Shown piece by piece: positions 1 to 10,484 of a DNA stretch of 55,977 nucleotides. Numbering within the stretch: the stretch's first letter is position 1; each line of letters begins with the position of its first letter. The notes under the pieces are model-generated. The model did no database searches and had not been told where the DNA came from. It saw nothing but the letters and a program-made list of their open reading frames with translations. The DNA lies in IMG/VR virus record IMGVR_UViG_3300009180_000048, positions 1 to 55,977 of that record; one strand, written 5' to 3'. The position numbers and the translations under genes are program-made. The stretch comes from a virus (Duplodnaviria; Caudoviricetes).

Positions 1-138
1 CAACCAGAACCCCAACCAGAACCCCAACCAGAACCCGTAGCTGTACAGCCAGAAGCACCTATTGAGAAGCCAGCAGAGCCTACAGTAGCAGGAGAATCCA
101 CCCCTGAGCCTGTACAAAGGCGTGTAAGAAGGGTATAG
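1..138 (+). CDS. C-terminal fragment of an upstream Pro/Glu-rich protein (QPEP x3 ... RRVRRV*)
   Basis: Open frame from base 1 to TAG at 136-138; 12-bp repeat CAACCAGAACCC x3. Confidence 0.6.
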   Translation, partial: QPEPQPEPQPEPVAVQPEAPIEKPAEPTVAGESTPEPVQRRVRRV

Positions 139-157
139 ATTTTGTAAGAGGTGAAGG

Positions 158-889
158 ATGGATGAGATATATAATTCGTTATCGGAGCGAGAGAAGATTG
201 AGGTAGCGAGGGGGAAGCGTAAGTTAGGTGGGTCTAATGTAGGGATAGAGCTTAAGTTAGATGATTATGCAGATGCGATAGAGGATGCGAAGATATGGCT
301 TGGTAGTCGTTTAGGTAAGGTAGCAGAGAATACCTTACCCATAACGGCTGGTCTAAAGGAATACAGATTACCAACGGATGTTGACGATGTGATTGAGGTT
401 ATTCCGCCAGGAACGGGTAGTAACAATGTTGAGATAGATCCGTTTAGTTTAGACGGTAGGTATACAACACCCTACCAGACGGGCAGGGGAGGTAATTACT
501 TAGCAGACATAGTAATTAGACAGCAGGCTAATGAATTATCTGCGTCAATTTATGGTAATTCATTTAGATGGGACTATAACAAGCATACGAGAATGTTGAG
601 TATATTTCCGTCTAACATATCTGGGATGTCGAGATACCGTTATCTTACATATCGGATAGACATAGAGCAATTGAACATGAGGGAATTGGAGTTATTTAGG
701 AGATGTTTTATAGCGCACCTTAAACGGGTATTGGGATTAGTAAGAAGGAAGTTTAGTGAGATCCCGATGGGAGGGAGTAAGACAGGATTAGACGGTGATT
801 CTATGTCAGGGGATGCGGAGACAGAGTTTTCGCTTATAGAAGATGATTTGAAGGCATTAGCAGAGATACCATCGTTTATCGTTGGATAG
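158..889 (+). CDS. Neck / head-tail adaptor protein, T4 gp13-like
   Basis: C-terminal GLVRRKFSEIPMGG...LDG...PSFIVG resembles the gp13-family C-terminus; SD GAGGTG; lies upstream of tail genes. Confidence 0.7.
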   Translation: MDEIYNSLSEREKIEVARGKRKLGGSNVGIELKLDDYADAIEDAKIWLGSRLGKVAENTLPITAGLKEYRLPTDVDDVIEVIPPGTGSNNVEIDPFSLDGRYTTPYQTGRGGNYLADIVIRQQANELSASIYGNSFRWDYNKHTRMLSIFPSNISGMSRYRYLTYRIDIEQLNMRELELFRRCFIAHLKRVLGLVRRKFSEIPMGGSKTGLDGDSMSGDAETEFSLIEDDLKALAEIPSFIVG

Positions 890-982
890 TGTAGTTGCTA
901 TAGCATTTTGCGTAATCGATTTCCTGAAATGAAAATAGTTGCACATAATAAGAGAACCAAGTATCCTTGGAATAAGGAGATA

Positions 983-1630
983 ATGAATATGCCGAATCCA
1001 TGGCACGATAGAAGGGGCAAGTTTAGCGCATACGGAGATGCTTTGAAAGATGGTGGGTCTGGGTCACTCCAGTTTGCCCAAAATAAGAAGTATCTTGGTG
1101 TTTACGATCTGAGCCTCCCCAGAAACACCAGAGGTAAGAGAGTTAAGCCAGCTAAAGACAATATACTTGGAGTAGCGATGGGAAAACAAAAGCCTTTATG
1201 TGGCCGGGCTGCACGCGATGCGGGGAAAAACATTCGTTGTTATGAAGGCTTGGAGAAAGCCACCATTCCTGGCAGTGACATCACCCTTTACGGGCGTCCA
1301 TTATTTGAGGCAGAGACAGACGGTTCTCGTCTTGAGTGGGAAGTTGTTGAAGAGGGTATGTGGGTTGCCCTTACCGACGCTGGTATGGAACTTGTTGTTA
1401 TTGACGAGACAGGTGAACGTGACGATAACCAGCCTTACGGTTGGTACGTTTTGGAGGATGAGGAAGCAGAGGAACCTCAAATTTATGGTACGGCTCCATC
1501 GCTTCAGTTGGCCCAAGCTGCTTGTGCCCTTGCTGTAGAGGATATGGTAAGCAGACTGGCTTACATAGCCGATCCAGAGTCCTTGGAATACGAGTCTCTT
1601 GCATCTATTCTTGAGCCTGTAATCGGGTAA
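983..1630 (+). CDS. Hypothetical virion-associated protein with N-terminal NPWHDxxGKF motif
   Basis: ORF 908..1630; AAGGAG precedes ATG 983; basic N-half, acidic C-half. Confidence 0.6.
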   Translation: MNMPNPWHDRRGKFSAYGDALKDGGSGSLQFAQNKKYLGVYDLSLPRNTRGKRVKPAKDNILGVAMGKQKPLCGRAARDAGKNIRCYEGLEKATIPGSDITLYGRPLFEAETDGSRLEWEVVEEGMWVALTDAGMELVVIDETGERDDNQPYGWYVLEDEEAEEPQIYGTAPSLQLAQAACALAVEDMVSRLAYIADPESLEYESLASILEPVIG

Positions 1631-1662
1631 AAGTTAGTAGTTTGTCACTTGTCAGAGTTTGA

Positions 1663-1693
1663 AGTAAACGGCCTGCTAATTGGGGCCGTTTAC
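1663..1693 (+). terminator. Hairpin AGTAAACGGCC/GGCCGTTTACT
   Basis: Inverted repeat after the stop codon. Confidence 0.5.
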
Positions 1694-1733
1694 TATTTAA
1701 GGGGTTACAGATCCAATCCTAAAAGGACAGACT

Positions 1734-2228
1734 ATGCACGAATTAGATGCAGCATTCTTTGCGAGTATAAGTAAGGACTACCATCGATTTGCAGGTAATC
1801 CAGCAAGTGACATAGCATATTATGTATTGTTACCTGGGAAGTACAATCCATTATATAGGGAGAGTACGAAACCGAGTTACCGGGGAGGTTACCGTTTTGA
1901 GACAGCGTTATTGTTTGAGGAGAGTGACAATAAGGATAGTGACGTAGACGATGCAGGCATGGTAGAAACGGAGTACGACGCGACCACATCAATATCCTGT
2001 AGTTTATGGGAGGAGAAGGTTGTAGGAGCGAGCGAGCCTGGACCGATTAAGCCAAAGGAGGGGGATGTTATTTGTTACCATCCAGAGACGAACCAAGCGA
2101 GATGGTTTATTGTATTGAAGGTAAAAGAGAGTGGTGTTGTATATGGTGGTCCTACGTTTACGGAATGGGCGATAGATTTGAAGGAGCGGTCATCGTTATC
2201 AGGTGAGATAGACGTTAGCGGCCAGTAG
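1734..2228 (+). CDS. Neck / head-closure protein, T4 gp14-like
   Basis: YNPLYRE and PKEGDVI motifs; position after gp13-like gene. Confidence 0.55.
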   Translation: MHELDAAFFASISKDYHRFAGNPASDIAYYVLLPGKYNPLYRESTKPSYRGGYRFETALLFEESDNKDSDVDDAGMVETEYDATTSISCSLWEEKVVGASEPGPIKPKEGDVICYHPETNQARWFIVLKVKESGVVYGGPTFTEWAIDLKERSSLSGEIDVSGQ

Positions 2229-2319
2229 CCATTAGATGGCTACTGGCCATCTAATGAACAGTTCTTAAATGTGCATTTGTTTTGTTACAGGTTAGAACAG
2301 AGGTAGAGGTACATTTAGT

Positions 2320-3102
2320 ATGCCAGCATCATTTGTAAAGACGAAAGAAGAAGAGGTTGATTGGGAGCGTGCGAAGGGTATTGTAAGTGAGCAATACCCA
2401 GGAAAGGAGGATGAGGATAGGGACGGGTATTTTGCTCTGGTAACGACGGTATACAAGAGCATACGAAAGGGTCATGGTGATAACCACTTTGAGAAAGCCG
2501 CTACAGAATCCACCAATACAGACGCTACAAGTATAGCTACAGAATCACTATGGAAGAGTTTAGAGCGCCTTAAGGATGTTATTGAATCACCGCTATACGA
2601 GAGGATTGTAACGATGGAGTACGTAAGGCCGTTAGACGAGGTTATTGTTCTAACGAAATTGGGTAGATACGTATCAGAGGGTATGGTGAAATCGATTTCC
2701 GATGGGAAGGTGATTCTTAGTGTATTGAGGGGAGACACGTTTTACGATAGTCCGTATGACGAGCGGGTATTCATGTATTCGGTCAAGGCAAACACGCAGG
2801 AATCAATGAAAGAATTGAAGTTAAGGGAGAGTGAAGAGAAAGACCAGGGAAACGATCCTGTAGATGTACCGATGGAGATCTACCACGGAAACGGTCCTGC
2901 TGAACAATACGAGATTATTATGAAGGTACTTGGGATTCCACAGAGGGAATCGGCAGTAGTATGGAAAGACATTATGCAGTTTGGCTGGCCGAACGCAATG
3001 AAGATGCACCAGATAGGACCGGATAAGGAGTTTGAACTGAAGGTAAGCCTCAACAAAGGGGGGTTTGCATTTAGTGATCCTGACGTATCAAGAGTACCAT
3101 AA
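2320..3102 (+). CDS. Hypothetical virion / prohead-core protein with a ChaB-like N-terminal domain
   Basis: MPASFVKT..WERAK..YFALVTTVYK N-terminus; SD GAGG. Confidence 0.5.
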   Translation: MPASFVKTKEEEVDWERAKGIVSEQYPGKEDEDRDGYFALVTTVYKSIRKGHGDNHFEKAATESTNTDATSIATESLWKSLERLKDVIESPLYERIVTMEYVRPLDEVIVLTKLGRYVSEGMVKSISDGKVILSVLRGDTFYDSPYDERVFMYSVKANTQESMKELKLRESEEKDQGNDPVDVPMEIYHGNGPAEQYEIIMKVLGIPQRESAVVWKDIMQFGWPNAMKMHQIGPDKEFELKVSLNKGGFAFSDPDVSRVP

Positions 3103-3132
3103 CCAAAATACCATAATCAAAGAGGGCCAGTA

Positions 3133-3471
3133 ATGGAAAATATTATAGGTAAGTTGAGGGGGTACGGGTATTTATTTGCATGTGCAAGTTGTGAGCATTT
3201 ACAGCGGTCCCTCACAGTATGGATAGACGAAGTACCTAAATGTACCAAGAGATGTAGAGGTCCATTTGGTGGAGGGGCGTATCCAGAGCGCCGGTCTATA
3301 ATACCGATAGACCGGGTTTGTTTTGTATGTGGAAACGATCCAGACGGAATGGTAGATGTAAAGGGCAAGTTAGTAGGGATATGTGAAAAGCACATACCGT
3401 TGCTTGATACGGTATGTCCAATTGGCGAGAGGCCACCATTTATTACCCACAAACATACTCCTGTGCTTTAA
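3133..3471 (+). CDS. Cys-rich putative zinc-binding protein
   Basis: CASCEH, CTKRC, CFVC, CEKH motifs. Confidence 0.55.
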   Translation: MENIIGKLRGYGYLFACASCEHLQRSLTVWIDEVPKCTKRCRGPFGGGAYPERRSIIPIDRVCFVCGNDPDGMVDVKGKLVGICEKHIPLLDTVCPIGERPPFITHKHTPVL

Positions 3472-4235
3472 TGGCAAAGAAGAATGATTTTATAGTAGAG
3501 GGGAAAGGAAATAAGAAGTTATTTAAGTTATTTGAGAGAGAGCATGAGAAGCAGCTAAGGAAGCTTGTTGTTAACGGTCTTAGGAATGTTATCGCACGCA
3601 TAGAGGAGCTATCACACGATTCGGTAATCGATTACCGTGATATATCGCTTATTGAGTATGATACATTTTTTGCGATAGTTTTACCAAAGCAGAAGCGTAA
3701 GCTTGATAAGGGAGAGCACAAGCGTACATTGATAGACTTTAAGCCAACGTCGGGGAGTGATGGATTAGTAGCTAAGTTATGTCCTTTACCACCGTTAGCG
3801 ATACCTAAGGAGGTAAGGGCCAGGAGTATGCTTATAGCGAGAAGGGTAACAGAAGAGGAGTATGATTTTATCACAGAGTCTCTTCTTGAGAGAGTACCGG
3901 AATTTTTATTAGCGGGATTAGTAGAGAAGGGCACGATAGGGGAGGTAAAGAGATTAATTTACCGTAACGATGGATATGATGATATTGAGGTAACGGATAA
4001 TTTATCATGGATAATGCTAAGGGAGGAGTTTGGTAGGGGAGAGAAGCAGGTAATGATATGGCGGAAATCGATTACCGAGTTTGAGAAGTACATACAGAAG
4101 CATACGAAGGAGATATTTAATGATATTGTACTTAGGTCTGAAGGGATAGAGAGAGTATCAGGTATAGACGAGATGGACGGTGAGTTTTTCACGAAAGGGA
4201 TTAGTGGTAATGTAAGAGAGCCGGGTGTCAAATGA
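3471..4235 (+). CDS. Hypothetical protein (neck/tail region)
   Basis: TAATG coupling to the previous gene gives start MAKKN. Confidence 0.6.
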   Translation: MAKKNDFIVEGKGNKKLFKLFEREHEKQLRKLVVNGLRNVIARIEELSHDSVIDYRDISLIEYDTFFAIVLPKQKRKLDKGEHKRTLIDFKPTSGSDGLVAKLCPLPPLAIPKEVRARSMLIARRVTEEEYDFITESLLERVPEFLLAGLVEKGTIGEVKRLIYRNDGYDDIEVTDNLSWIMLREEFGRGEKQVMIWRKSITEFEKYIQKHTKEIFNDIVLRSEGIERVSGIDEMDGEFFTKGISGNVREPGVK

Positions 4236-4915
4236 TGACAATAGATTTATTTGATTTAGGCATAGTAGAGATGCTTGGTGGAAAGTTAACCGAGTATCGG
4301 GAAGGTGGTGAGACAAGGCTTGAGTACGCAGTACCTCACCCTACGGTTTTAGGGAATAAGTTATATGGTGGGAAGATTCCTATATTTTTTGCAGGTGGTA
4401 ACCAGCAATTTATGTCTAAGGTATGTCCATATATAGTCATAAATAGGACAGGTATAGATAAGGATGATGGAAGGCGTGTAGGATGGAATTTAGAGTACGC
4501 GAAGCCATCAAAGTTTGCGAGGGATTTAATTACAACGGACGCATTTGGTAATGTATATACAGGCAAAAGCCAATATGAGTTAAAAACGCGCACGATGCCT
4601 TATGACATTGCGTATGAGATAACGGCGGTTAGTCGGGGCGGAATGGCAAAGACGGAAGCACAGACATTATTTATGTACTTGCTATCTATTTTTACGCCGG
4701 ATGGTTTTTCGCTTACGGTAAGGAATGAAGATGATATAAGAACGTATGACGGATCAACGGAGGATATACAGACGGATACGAATTATTTAGATCTAACGAT
4801 GAGGGAAATAAAGTACGGGCTAACGATCAAGATAAAGGGGGAAATCGATTTCGCAATAGGCTACGACGTAATGAGTGTTGGGGGTTTACCGGTAGGTACA
4901 TTTAGCCAGTCATAA
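4232..4915 (+). CDS. Tail terminator / sheath-stabiliser (gp15-like)
   Basis: Immediately before the sheath; PYIVINR and MPYDIAYEIT pattern. Confidence 0.55.
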   Translation: MMTIDLFDLGIVEMLGGKLTEYREGGETRLEYAVPHPTVLGNKLYGGKIPIFFAGGNQQFMSKVCPYIVINRTGIDKDDGRRVGWNLEYAKPSKFARDLITTDAFGNVYTGKSQYELKTRTMPYDIAYEITAVSRGGMAKTEAQTLFMYLLSIFTPDGFSLTVRNEDDIRTYDGSTEDIQTDTNYLDLTMREIKYGLTIKIKGEIDFAIGYDVMSVGGLPVGTFSQS

Positions 4916-4977
4916 CGATCCAACGATAGTTGGCAAAAATGATTGAATCGTTTATGAAGGGATCAATGGAGTTTTAG

Positions 4978-7353
4978 ATGGCAATAACACCTACCTATCC
5001 TGGCGTATATACCGAGCGGTTGCCTGCACAGGGCGCAGGTGCGAGTGCGCAGAGCAGTTCTGGCCTTGCATTGATTGGCGCTACACCTATGGGACCGGTA
5101 GCGGGTCTTGACGGTGAGGAAGCACGGGTAGTAACGTCTTGGGCAGAGTTTGAGAGGACATTTGGAACATTTACGACTGAAGGGAGACTTCCGTTAGCGG
5201 CATGGTTATTCTTTCAGAACGGTGGGTCAAGACTTTATGTAGTTCGTTGTGCAGCATCAGACGCAGTAAAGGCAACGGCTTCTATAACATCGACGGTTAC
5301 AGACGAGTTGTTAGGGTTTACTGGGGATGGGAGTGATACAACATTTAGTATCACCTTAGACCATAAGCCTATTGTCCCTGGTAGTTTTTCATGTAGTTAC
5401 TTGCCTGCAACAACTGTAACCAGCGAGGTAGTAGCGACGGGGGATGGATCTACCACAGGCTATGAGATTACGCTTGATCACTATCCTCTTACGCCTAATA
5501 TAATTACGATTAACTGGACATCTGGAAGTGTATCTAAGAGCCAGAGCATTAGTGTAACGGACGTAGTAACGGGGCATGGAAATCCTTCAGGAACGAGTAT
5601 TGACCGTACATCGGGTGGTATGGCGATTGATATGACGGGTGCAGTTCCCGACAATGCAACAAATGTAACGGTAACATACCGATACTACGCTGCTGCTGTT
5701 TCTGTTACGGAGGATGGTGAGGGAGCATTAGCAGGGGGTGCAACGGGTACGATTAATTATACAACGGGGGTTGTAGCGTTTACGTTTACGAACGCGCCTG
5801 CACTTAGCACTCAACCTGTTGGGTCATATACACGTAAGCACTTTGACCTTGAGATGCTTTATCCGGGGGTATACGGTAACGACTACCGTATAGCGATATT
5901 TGGAACACCTGGGTATGAGGATGACGCACACGCAACATTTACGAAATGGACATTGCTCTTACAGGTAGAGAACGCATCGGGTGGATGGGACACGATAGAG
6001 AGCTTTAGTGAATTAGAGCTTACGGATACCACTTTATCCTCGTTTATGACATCGGTTGTAAACGATGAGGCGAGTGGATCTACCTACCTTAGTGTTACTA
6101 CTGGGGACAAGGGTTCACCTATTGCTTTATCGGGTACACTTTATGCGGATGAGGTTATTGGTGGAGGCGACGGAAGTGAGACAGAGTTTAGTGCGACATT
6201 AGACGGAGAGAGTGCGCATAACTATTCCGTAACGATTACAGCACACCGGGATAGTGACGATAGTATTATGACGATAACGGATGATGGCTCTGGCCATTTA
6301 GAGGGGGATATTAACGCGAATGGTGTGAATACGATAGACTACGATACAGGGGCGATAACGGTTACTTTTGACAGTGCTGTTTACGACGGTGGAGATGTAG
6401 TAGTTACATACTATACCCAAGCTGCTTACGATCAGACGACGCCTCTGGTAATCGATTTCGTAAGTGGTGATGATGGAACAGCTATTACAGCAAGCGACTG
6501 TATATCTTCTGAGTTGGAGACAGCTAAGAAGGGGGTATATGCGTTAGACGCGATTAACGAGATGTTGATGGTAGCCATACCTGATTTTGTAGGAACCAGG
6601 GCAACGGATCGGCTACTGCTGGATTGGGCGAATAGCCGGAAGTATAGGTTTGCGCTTCTTGCAACACCTAACGGTATTACCTATGAGGAGGCAAAGAATT
6701 ACAAGCGCCAGTTGAATCGCCAAACGGTATCTAAGGGTGCTGTTTACTACCCATGGATAACGCTTAAAGATCCGGGTACACTTTTGAGCAGAACGGTTCC
6801 ACCTATTTTCCACGTAGCAGGGGCAATAGCGAAAACGGATACCAGACGTAGTGCAGCTAAGGCACCTGCTGGAGTATCGGACGGAAGGATAAGTGAGTTT
6901 TACGCATTTGAGCGTAATTTGAGCAAGACCGAGGTAGGTGTATTGAGGGGAGCACAGGTAAACAGTTTAGTAAACTGGCCAGAAACGGGTGGTCCTTGTG
7001 TATGGGGAGCAAACACATTAGAGGTAGGCGGAACCTACGGATATGTACATTTAGAGCGTATGGAGCAATATATCGGGCTTGTAGGTGAGAGGATACTGTA
7101 CACGAAGGTATACGAGCCTCATACACCTAATTTGCGTGCGCAGATAGTATTGGAGATGACGAGTTTCTTATCATCGTTATTTACGAATGGATGGTTTGCT
7201 GGAGCAAAGGCAAGCGATGCGTTTAGGATAACGTGTGATGAGACGAACAACCCGCCCGCATCGGTAGCACAGGGGATATTGAATTGCAAGGTCCAGTACG
7301 CACCTACAACGCCTGCTGAATTTATTGTCTTGCAGTTACAACAGATTCGGTAA
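4978..7353 (+). CDS. Contractile tail sheath protein with inserted beta-rich repeats
   Basis: YPGVY N-terminus, FFQNGG, YYPWI, KAPAG, CDETNNP, PAEFIV sheath motifs. Confidence 0.95.
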   Translation: MAITPTYPGVYTERLPAQGAGASAQSSSGLALIGATPMGPVAGLDGEEARVVTSWAEFERTFGTFTTEGRLPLAAWLFFQNGGSRLYVVRCAASDAVKATASITSTVTDELLGFTGDGSDTTFSITLDHKPIVPGSFSCSYLPATTVTSEVVATGDGSTTGYEITLDHYPLTPNIITINWTSGSVSKSQSISVTDVVTGHGNPSGTSIDRTSGGMAIDMTGAVPDNATNVTVTYRYYAAAVSVTEDGEGALAGGATGTINYTTGVVAFTFTNAPALSTQPVGSYTRKHFDLEMLYPGVYGNDYRIAIFGTPGYEDDAHATFTKWTLLLQVENASGGWDTIESFSELELTDTTLSSFMTSVVNDEASGSTYLSVTTGDKGSPIALSGTLYADEVIGGGDGSETEFSATLDGESAHNYSVTITAHRDSDDSIMTITDDGSGHLEGDINANGVNTIDYDTGAITVTFDSAVYDGGDVVVTYYTQAAYDQTTPLVIDFVSGDDGTAITASDCISSELETAKKGVYALDAINEMLMVAIPDFVGTRATDRLLLDWANSRKYRFALLATPNGITYEEAKNYKRQLNRQTVSKGAVYYPWITLKDPGTLLSRTVPPIFHVAGAIAKTDTRRSAAKAPAGVSDGRISEFYAFERNLSKTEVGVLRGAQVNSLVNWPETGGPCVWGANTLEVGGTYGYVHLERMEQYIGLVGERILYTKVYEPHTPNLRAQIVLEMTSFLSSLFTNGWFAGAKASDAFRITCDETNNPPASVAQGILNCKVQYAPTTPAEFIVLQLQQIR

Positions 7354-7423
7354 TCGATTTCCATAACCATCCCTAATTTGACATGAGGGATGGTTATGTT
7401 AAGCTTCAGACAGGAGAGAAAAC

Positions 7424-7555
7424 ATGCAGAATAAGAGTTCCACATTAGAGCTTGAGCAGACATTGGCAGTCAAGGATGCATCGATGAGATTGGCGGTCTT
7501 GAAAGCAGCGATAGACGCAAAGATTGCCAGGATTGGTGCTACTTACAATCCATAG
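7424..7555 (+). CDS. Small 43-aa protein (MQNKSSTLELEQ...), missing from the ORF track
   Basis: AGGAG SD; followed by terminator hairpin at about 7617-7647. Confidence 0.45.
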   Translation: MQNKSSTLELEQTLAVKDASMRLAVLKAAIDAKIARIGATYNP

Positions 7556-7616
7556 TCAAGCAGTTGAACCAGTACAAGCAGTAACCAGTACAAGCCTGAA
7601 ACCCAAAACCCGCATC

Positions 7617-7647
7617 CAAAACAGAAGGCTAACCACCTTCTGTTTTG
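7617..7647 (+). terminator. Hairpin CAAAACAGAAGG/CCTTCTGTTTTG
   Basis: 12-bp inverted repeat, T-rich 3' arm. Confidence 0.55.
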
Positions 7648-7706
7648 CAATTGAGGGATTCGTTTTTTATGAAAGGATCTGATATCCTACTTCATAGGGA
7701 GTAGAG

Positions 7707-8171
7707 ATGAGAACACCTTCACACTTTAGACAGAATTTTAGGGCAGGGGATACAGTAACGGGTGTTGTATATGGGGGTACAGCGGTTGCTACGAGAGACA
7801 CAGACTATAAGTTTTTGCTTACAGAGAATCCCGCATCTGGCCAAGGCGCGATAGATGGAGGTTTGATACCACTAACTTACGGTATCCCTTCTAATTTTCC
7901 GGGGATATATAGGAAGATAACGGCTGCTTACATATCGCTTCCAGGGGTATCATGGATAGATCTATTGATAGTTGAGCCGGATACGGATACCGAGATGTCG
8001 TTACCGTATGAGTATACAGACACGTCCAAGTTTGCTATGCAGTTAACGGAGAGGGAATATGGAATACCGATTGGATGGGGATTTAAGGTAAAGAGTTCGG
8101 GGGAGACGCTAACGGGTGATGGATTTATTTACATAGCGACAGAGATATGGGAAATACCGCCTATGGCATAA
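7707..8171 (+). CDS. Hypothetical virion protein
   Basis: GGAG SD; between sheath and tube; late-type codon usage. Confidence 0.6.
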   Translation: MRTPSHFRQNFRAGDTVTGVVYGGTAVATRDTDYKFLLTENPASGQGAIDGGLIPLTYGIPSNFPGIYRKITAAYISLPGVSWIDLLIVEPDTDTEMSLPYEYTDTSKFAMQLTEREYGIPIGWGFKVKSSGETLTGDGFIYIATEIWEIPPMA

Positions 8172-8235
8172 CGCTATAGGTTAGTTGCAAAACTATCAAA
8201 TAGCAGGTATTTACATTTTAAGGTGAGGTATAATA

Positions 8236-8733
8236 ATGGCAAGGCCAGAGGCATCAGATTATTTCCAGGGGATGAGCTACCACTGTAGAACGTCCGATGG
8301 GTTTTTAGAGCACACGGACTCAATCAGGGGGGAAGCGGGATTTAATTCATGTTCTCTGCCGGAATTATCTGCTGAAGCGACAGAGTATAAGGAGGGGAAT
8401 ATGCTTTATACGCAGAAGCAGCCCGGCGCACCTACGGTTGGTCAGGTATCGCTCCAGCGTGGCGTAACGAAAACGGACACCAAGTTTTTTGACTGGATGA
8501 TGCGCACGGTTAATGGAGGAGAGTATCGGACTACCTTGACGATCTACCACTTCCACCGTGATCAAAAGACGAACGGCGTCGGTGATTTATCGAAGGCAAA
8601 GAAGATGATTTGCCACGAGGCATGGCCAAGCAGATGCAAGCCAGATGGTGATTTGGAAGCTACATCATCGGACGTATCGATGGCAGAGTTAGATGTAGAG
8701 ATTGAATGGTTCGAGATTATAGCGGGTTCCTAA
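8236..8733 (+). CDS. Tail tube protein (T4 gp19 / Afp1-like)
   Basis: GFNSCSLPE, EYKEG, KQPG, VSLQRG, AWP, DLEATSSDV motifs. Confidence 0.9.
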   Translation: MARPEASDYFQGMSYHCRTSDGFLEHTDSIRGEAGFNSCSLPELSAEATEYKEGNMLYTQKQPGAPTVGQVSLQRGVTKTDTKFFDWMMRTVNGGEYRTTLTIYHFHRDQKTNGVGDLSKAKKMICHEAWPSRCKPDGDLEATSSDVSMAELDVEIEWFEIIAGS

Positions 8734-8739
8734 GTGAGC

Positions 8740-8801
8740 TTGTAAAGGGCTTGTAAAGCATTGCGGAAATCGATTACCTCTAATCGGCAACAGGGTATGA
8801 A
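8740..8801 (+). promoter_or_regulatory. Class F promoter: TTGTAAA-N4-TTGTAAA-N38-TATGAA, palindrome in the spacer
   Basis: Boxes at 8740 and 8751; -10 at 8796. Confidence 0.7.
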
Positions 8802-8818
8802 GGGGTTGGAGGTAATCT

Positions 8819-8995
8819 ATGTTACGAATTGCATTTGCCACGGTATCGCCCAAAAACAACCGCTTTGTCGTGAATTGCTTCAGCGGGCGTGATGTTTATA
8901 CATCACGTCGGGTCTACACCTTTCAGGAGGCAGAGAAAGTTGCCTCTCAACTGGCTATGATTGACACGCGGGAATACATGCTCTATCCACGATAG
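8819..8995 (+). CDS. Small 58-aa protein (MLRIAFATVSPKNNRF...), missing from the ORF track
   Basis: GGAGGT SD, own promoter at 8740-8801, TAG at 8993-8995. Confidence 0.65.
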   Translation: MLRIAFATVSPKNNRFVVNCFSGRDVYTSRRVYTFQEAEKVASQLAMIDTREYMLYPR

Positions 8996-9098
8996 ATTGT
9001 TACTTACTATAGATTAGACATTTATCGTCAATCGAATTGATGGATTGAAGCTTAAACTGGATATAGACGATAAGACGCTTATAGAGGTTGAATTATAA

Positions 9099-9635
9099 AT
9101 GGCCAGAGGAAGGATAGAGGACTACTTACAGTCGAACGGATTTATGCTAATTGACATTAGCCCTAATCTGAACCCACCATTTTTTGTATTCAACCCATTC
9201 ATGGGGTTTAAGTCAGCGAGTTCAATCAATTTCTCTCTGGAGACAGAGACATATAAGCCTTTGAATAGTGGGAATACGGTACACTACGTAAAGAGCACAA
9301 CGGTAGAGGCTATCACCTTAGAGCGTGGAGCAAAGTTTACGGATACAGATTTTTACCGTTGGTGTGAAAGGGCGTCTAACGGAATAGATCAGACCAGACG
9401 TAATTTAATGATCGTACAGTTTATGGGAATGGGACATATAAACGAGAGCCCTGTATTACCTGGGCCATTTTCGCAGATAGTTAGGGTTCCGGGGAGAACA
9501 TGGATATTATGGGAGTGTATACCTACTGGGTATAATTCAGGGGATTTAGACGCTACATCATCGGATATAACGATGATGAGTTTAACGCTACAGCCTTCGG
9601 CAATTACAGAAGTTGCGTTAGGTGCGATAGTATAG
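9099..9635 (+). CDS. Second tail tube-like protein (Afp5-like)
   Basis: ITLERG, FYRW, WILWECIP, DLDATSSDI; paralogous to 8236..8733. Confidence 0.85.
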   Translation: MARGRIEDYLQSNGFMLIDISPNLNPPFFVFNPFMGFKSASSINFSLETETYKPLNSGNTVHYVKSTTVEAITLERGAKFTDTDFYRWCERASNGIDQTRRNLMIVQFMGMGHINESPVLPGPFSQIVRVPGRTWILWECIPTGYNSGDLDATSSDITMMSLTLQPSAITEVALGAIV

Positions 9636-9709
9636 GAAATCGATTACCAGAGCAATTTGCACCTAAACACATTATTTGATATCTCTATAGACAATAGAGA
9701 GGTATTTAA

Positions 9710-10375
9710 ATGCGTTCACTAACCGAATGTTCTTGTTCTTGTCAAGATGAAGATGAAGAGGATATGCTTCCTGAGGAAGAAACAGACGAAGAGGAGCTTG
9801 ACGATGAGGAGCTTGAGCTTGAATCTGTAAATACATGGAATGCAGGTAGGGTACATGAGGCTTCTGCTGAAGAGAAACCCAGGGGCAAGCTTGTGCCTAT
9901 GACACAGATCAAGGTAGCAGGAAACCAAACGATTAACGACGTTATCAGTCTTTCTATTGTTGGGATAGACGACGTTATTAAGCAGATAACGAGTACAGAG
10001 TACAGTGATCCACGGGCTGAAGACGCAATTTCTACTATCTCCATCAAATTTATGGAGTTTAGAAAGGAGATTATGAAGCTTCGGAAACAGATGAGCGAAT
10101 CTGTTATTGACTCTGAAGAGATAGAGATTGTAGAGGCAGCAAAGACGGGTAAGGAAGTAGATCCTAAGCTTCTTTCAACGTATATTAGTGGAGAAGTGAG
10201 AGTTGTAAATGGTGCTCTTGAGGTAACGGGTTCCGACAAAGCAGAAGTTAGAGCAATGATTTCTGCTGGGATCAGTAAAATGAGTAAAGCAAACCCAGGA
10301 GTTGGAACAGGCTTTGCATGGAGACACCTGCCAGGGCCAGATAGCTACAAGGTGATATTGTCTATCCCTGACTAA
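9710..10375 (+). CDS. Acidic hypothetical protein, possible internal head protein
   Basis: GAGG SD; MRSLTE N-terminus; D/E tract. Confidence 0.6.
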   Translation: MRSLTECSCSCQDEDEEDMLPEEETDEEELDDEELELESVNTWNAGRVHEASAEEKPRGKLVPMTQIKVAGNQTINDVISLSIVGIDDVIKQITSTEYSDPRAEDAISTISIKFMEFRKEIMKLRKQMSESVIDSEEIEIVEAAKTGKEVDPKLLSTYISGEVRVVNGALEVTGSDKAEVRAMISAGISKMSKANPGVGTGFAWRHLPGPDSYKVILSIPD

Positions 10376-10406
10376 TAGATCCCGACCGAGACTACTCTTC
10401 TATGAG

Positions 10407-10433
10407 GGACGGAAATCGATTTCCGTCCTTTTA
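10407..10433 (+). terminator. 22-bp perfect palindrome centred on GGAAATCGATTTCC, followed by a T-run
   Basis: GGACGGAAATCGATTTCCGTCC-TTTTT. Confidence 0.65.
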
Positions 10434-10484
10434 TATTTGCTATAGTTCTTTGTACACGATAGTCTAAGGGAGATAGGAGATAGC

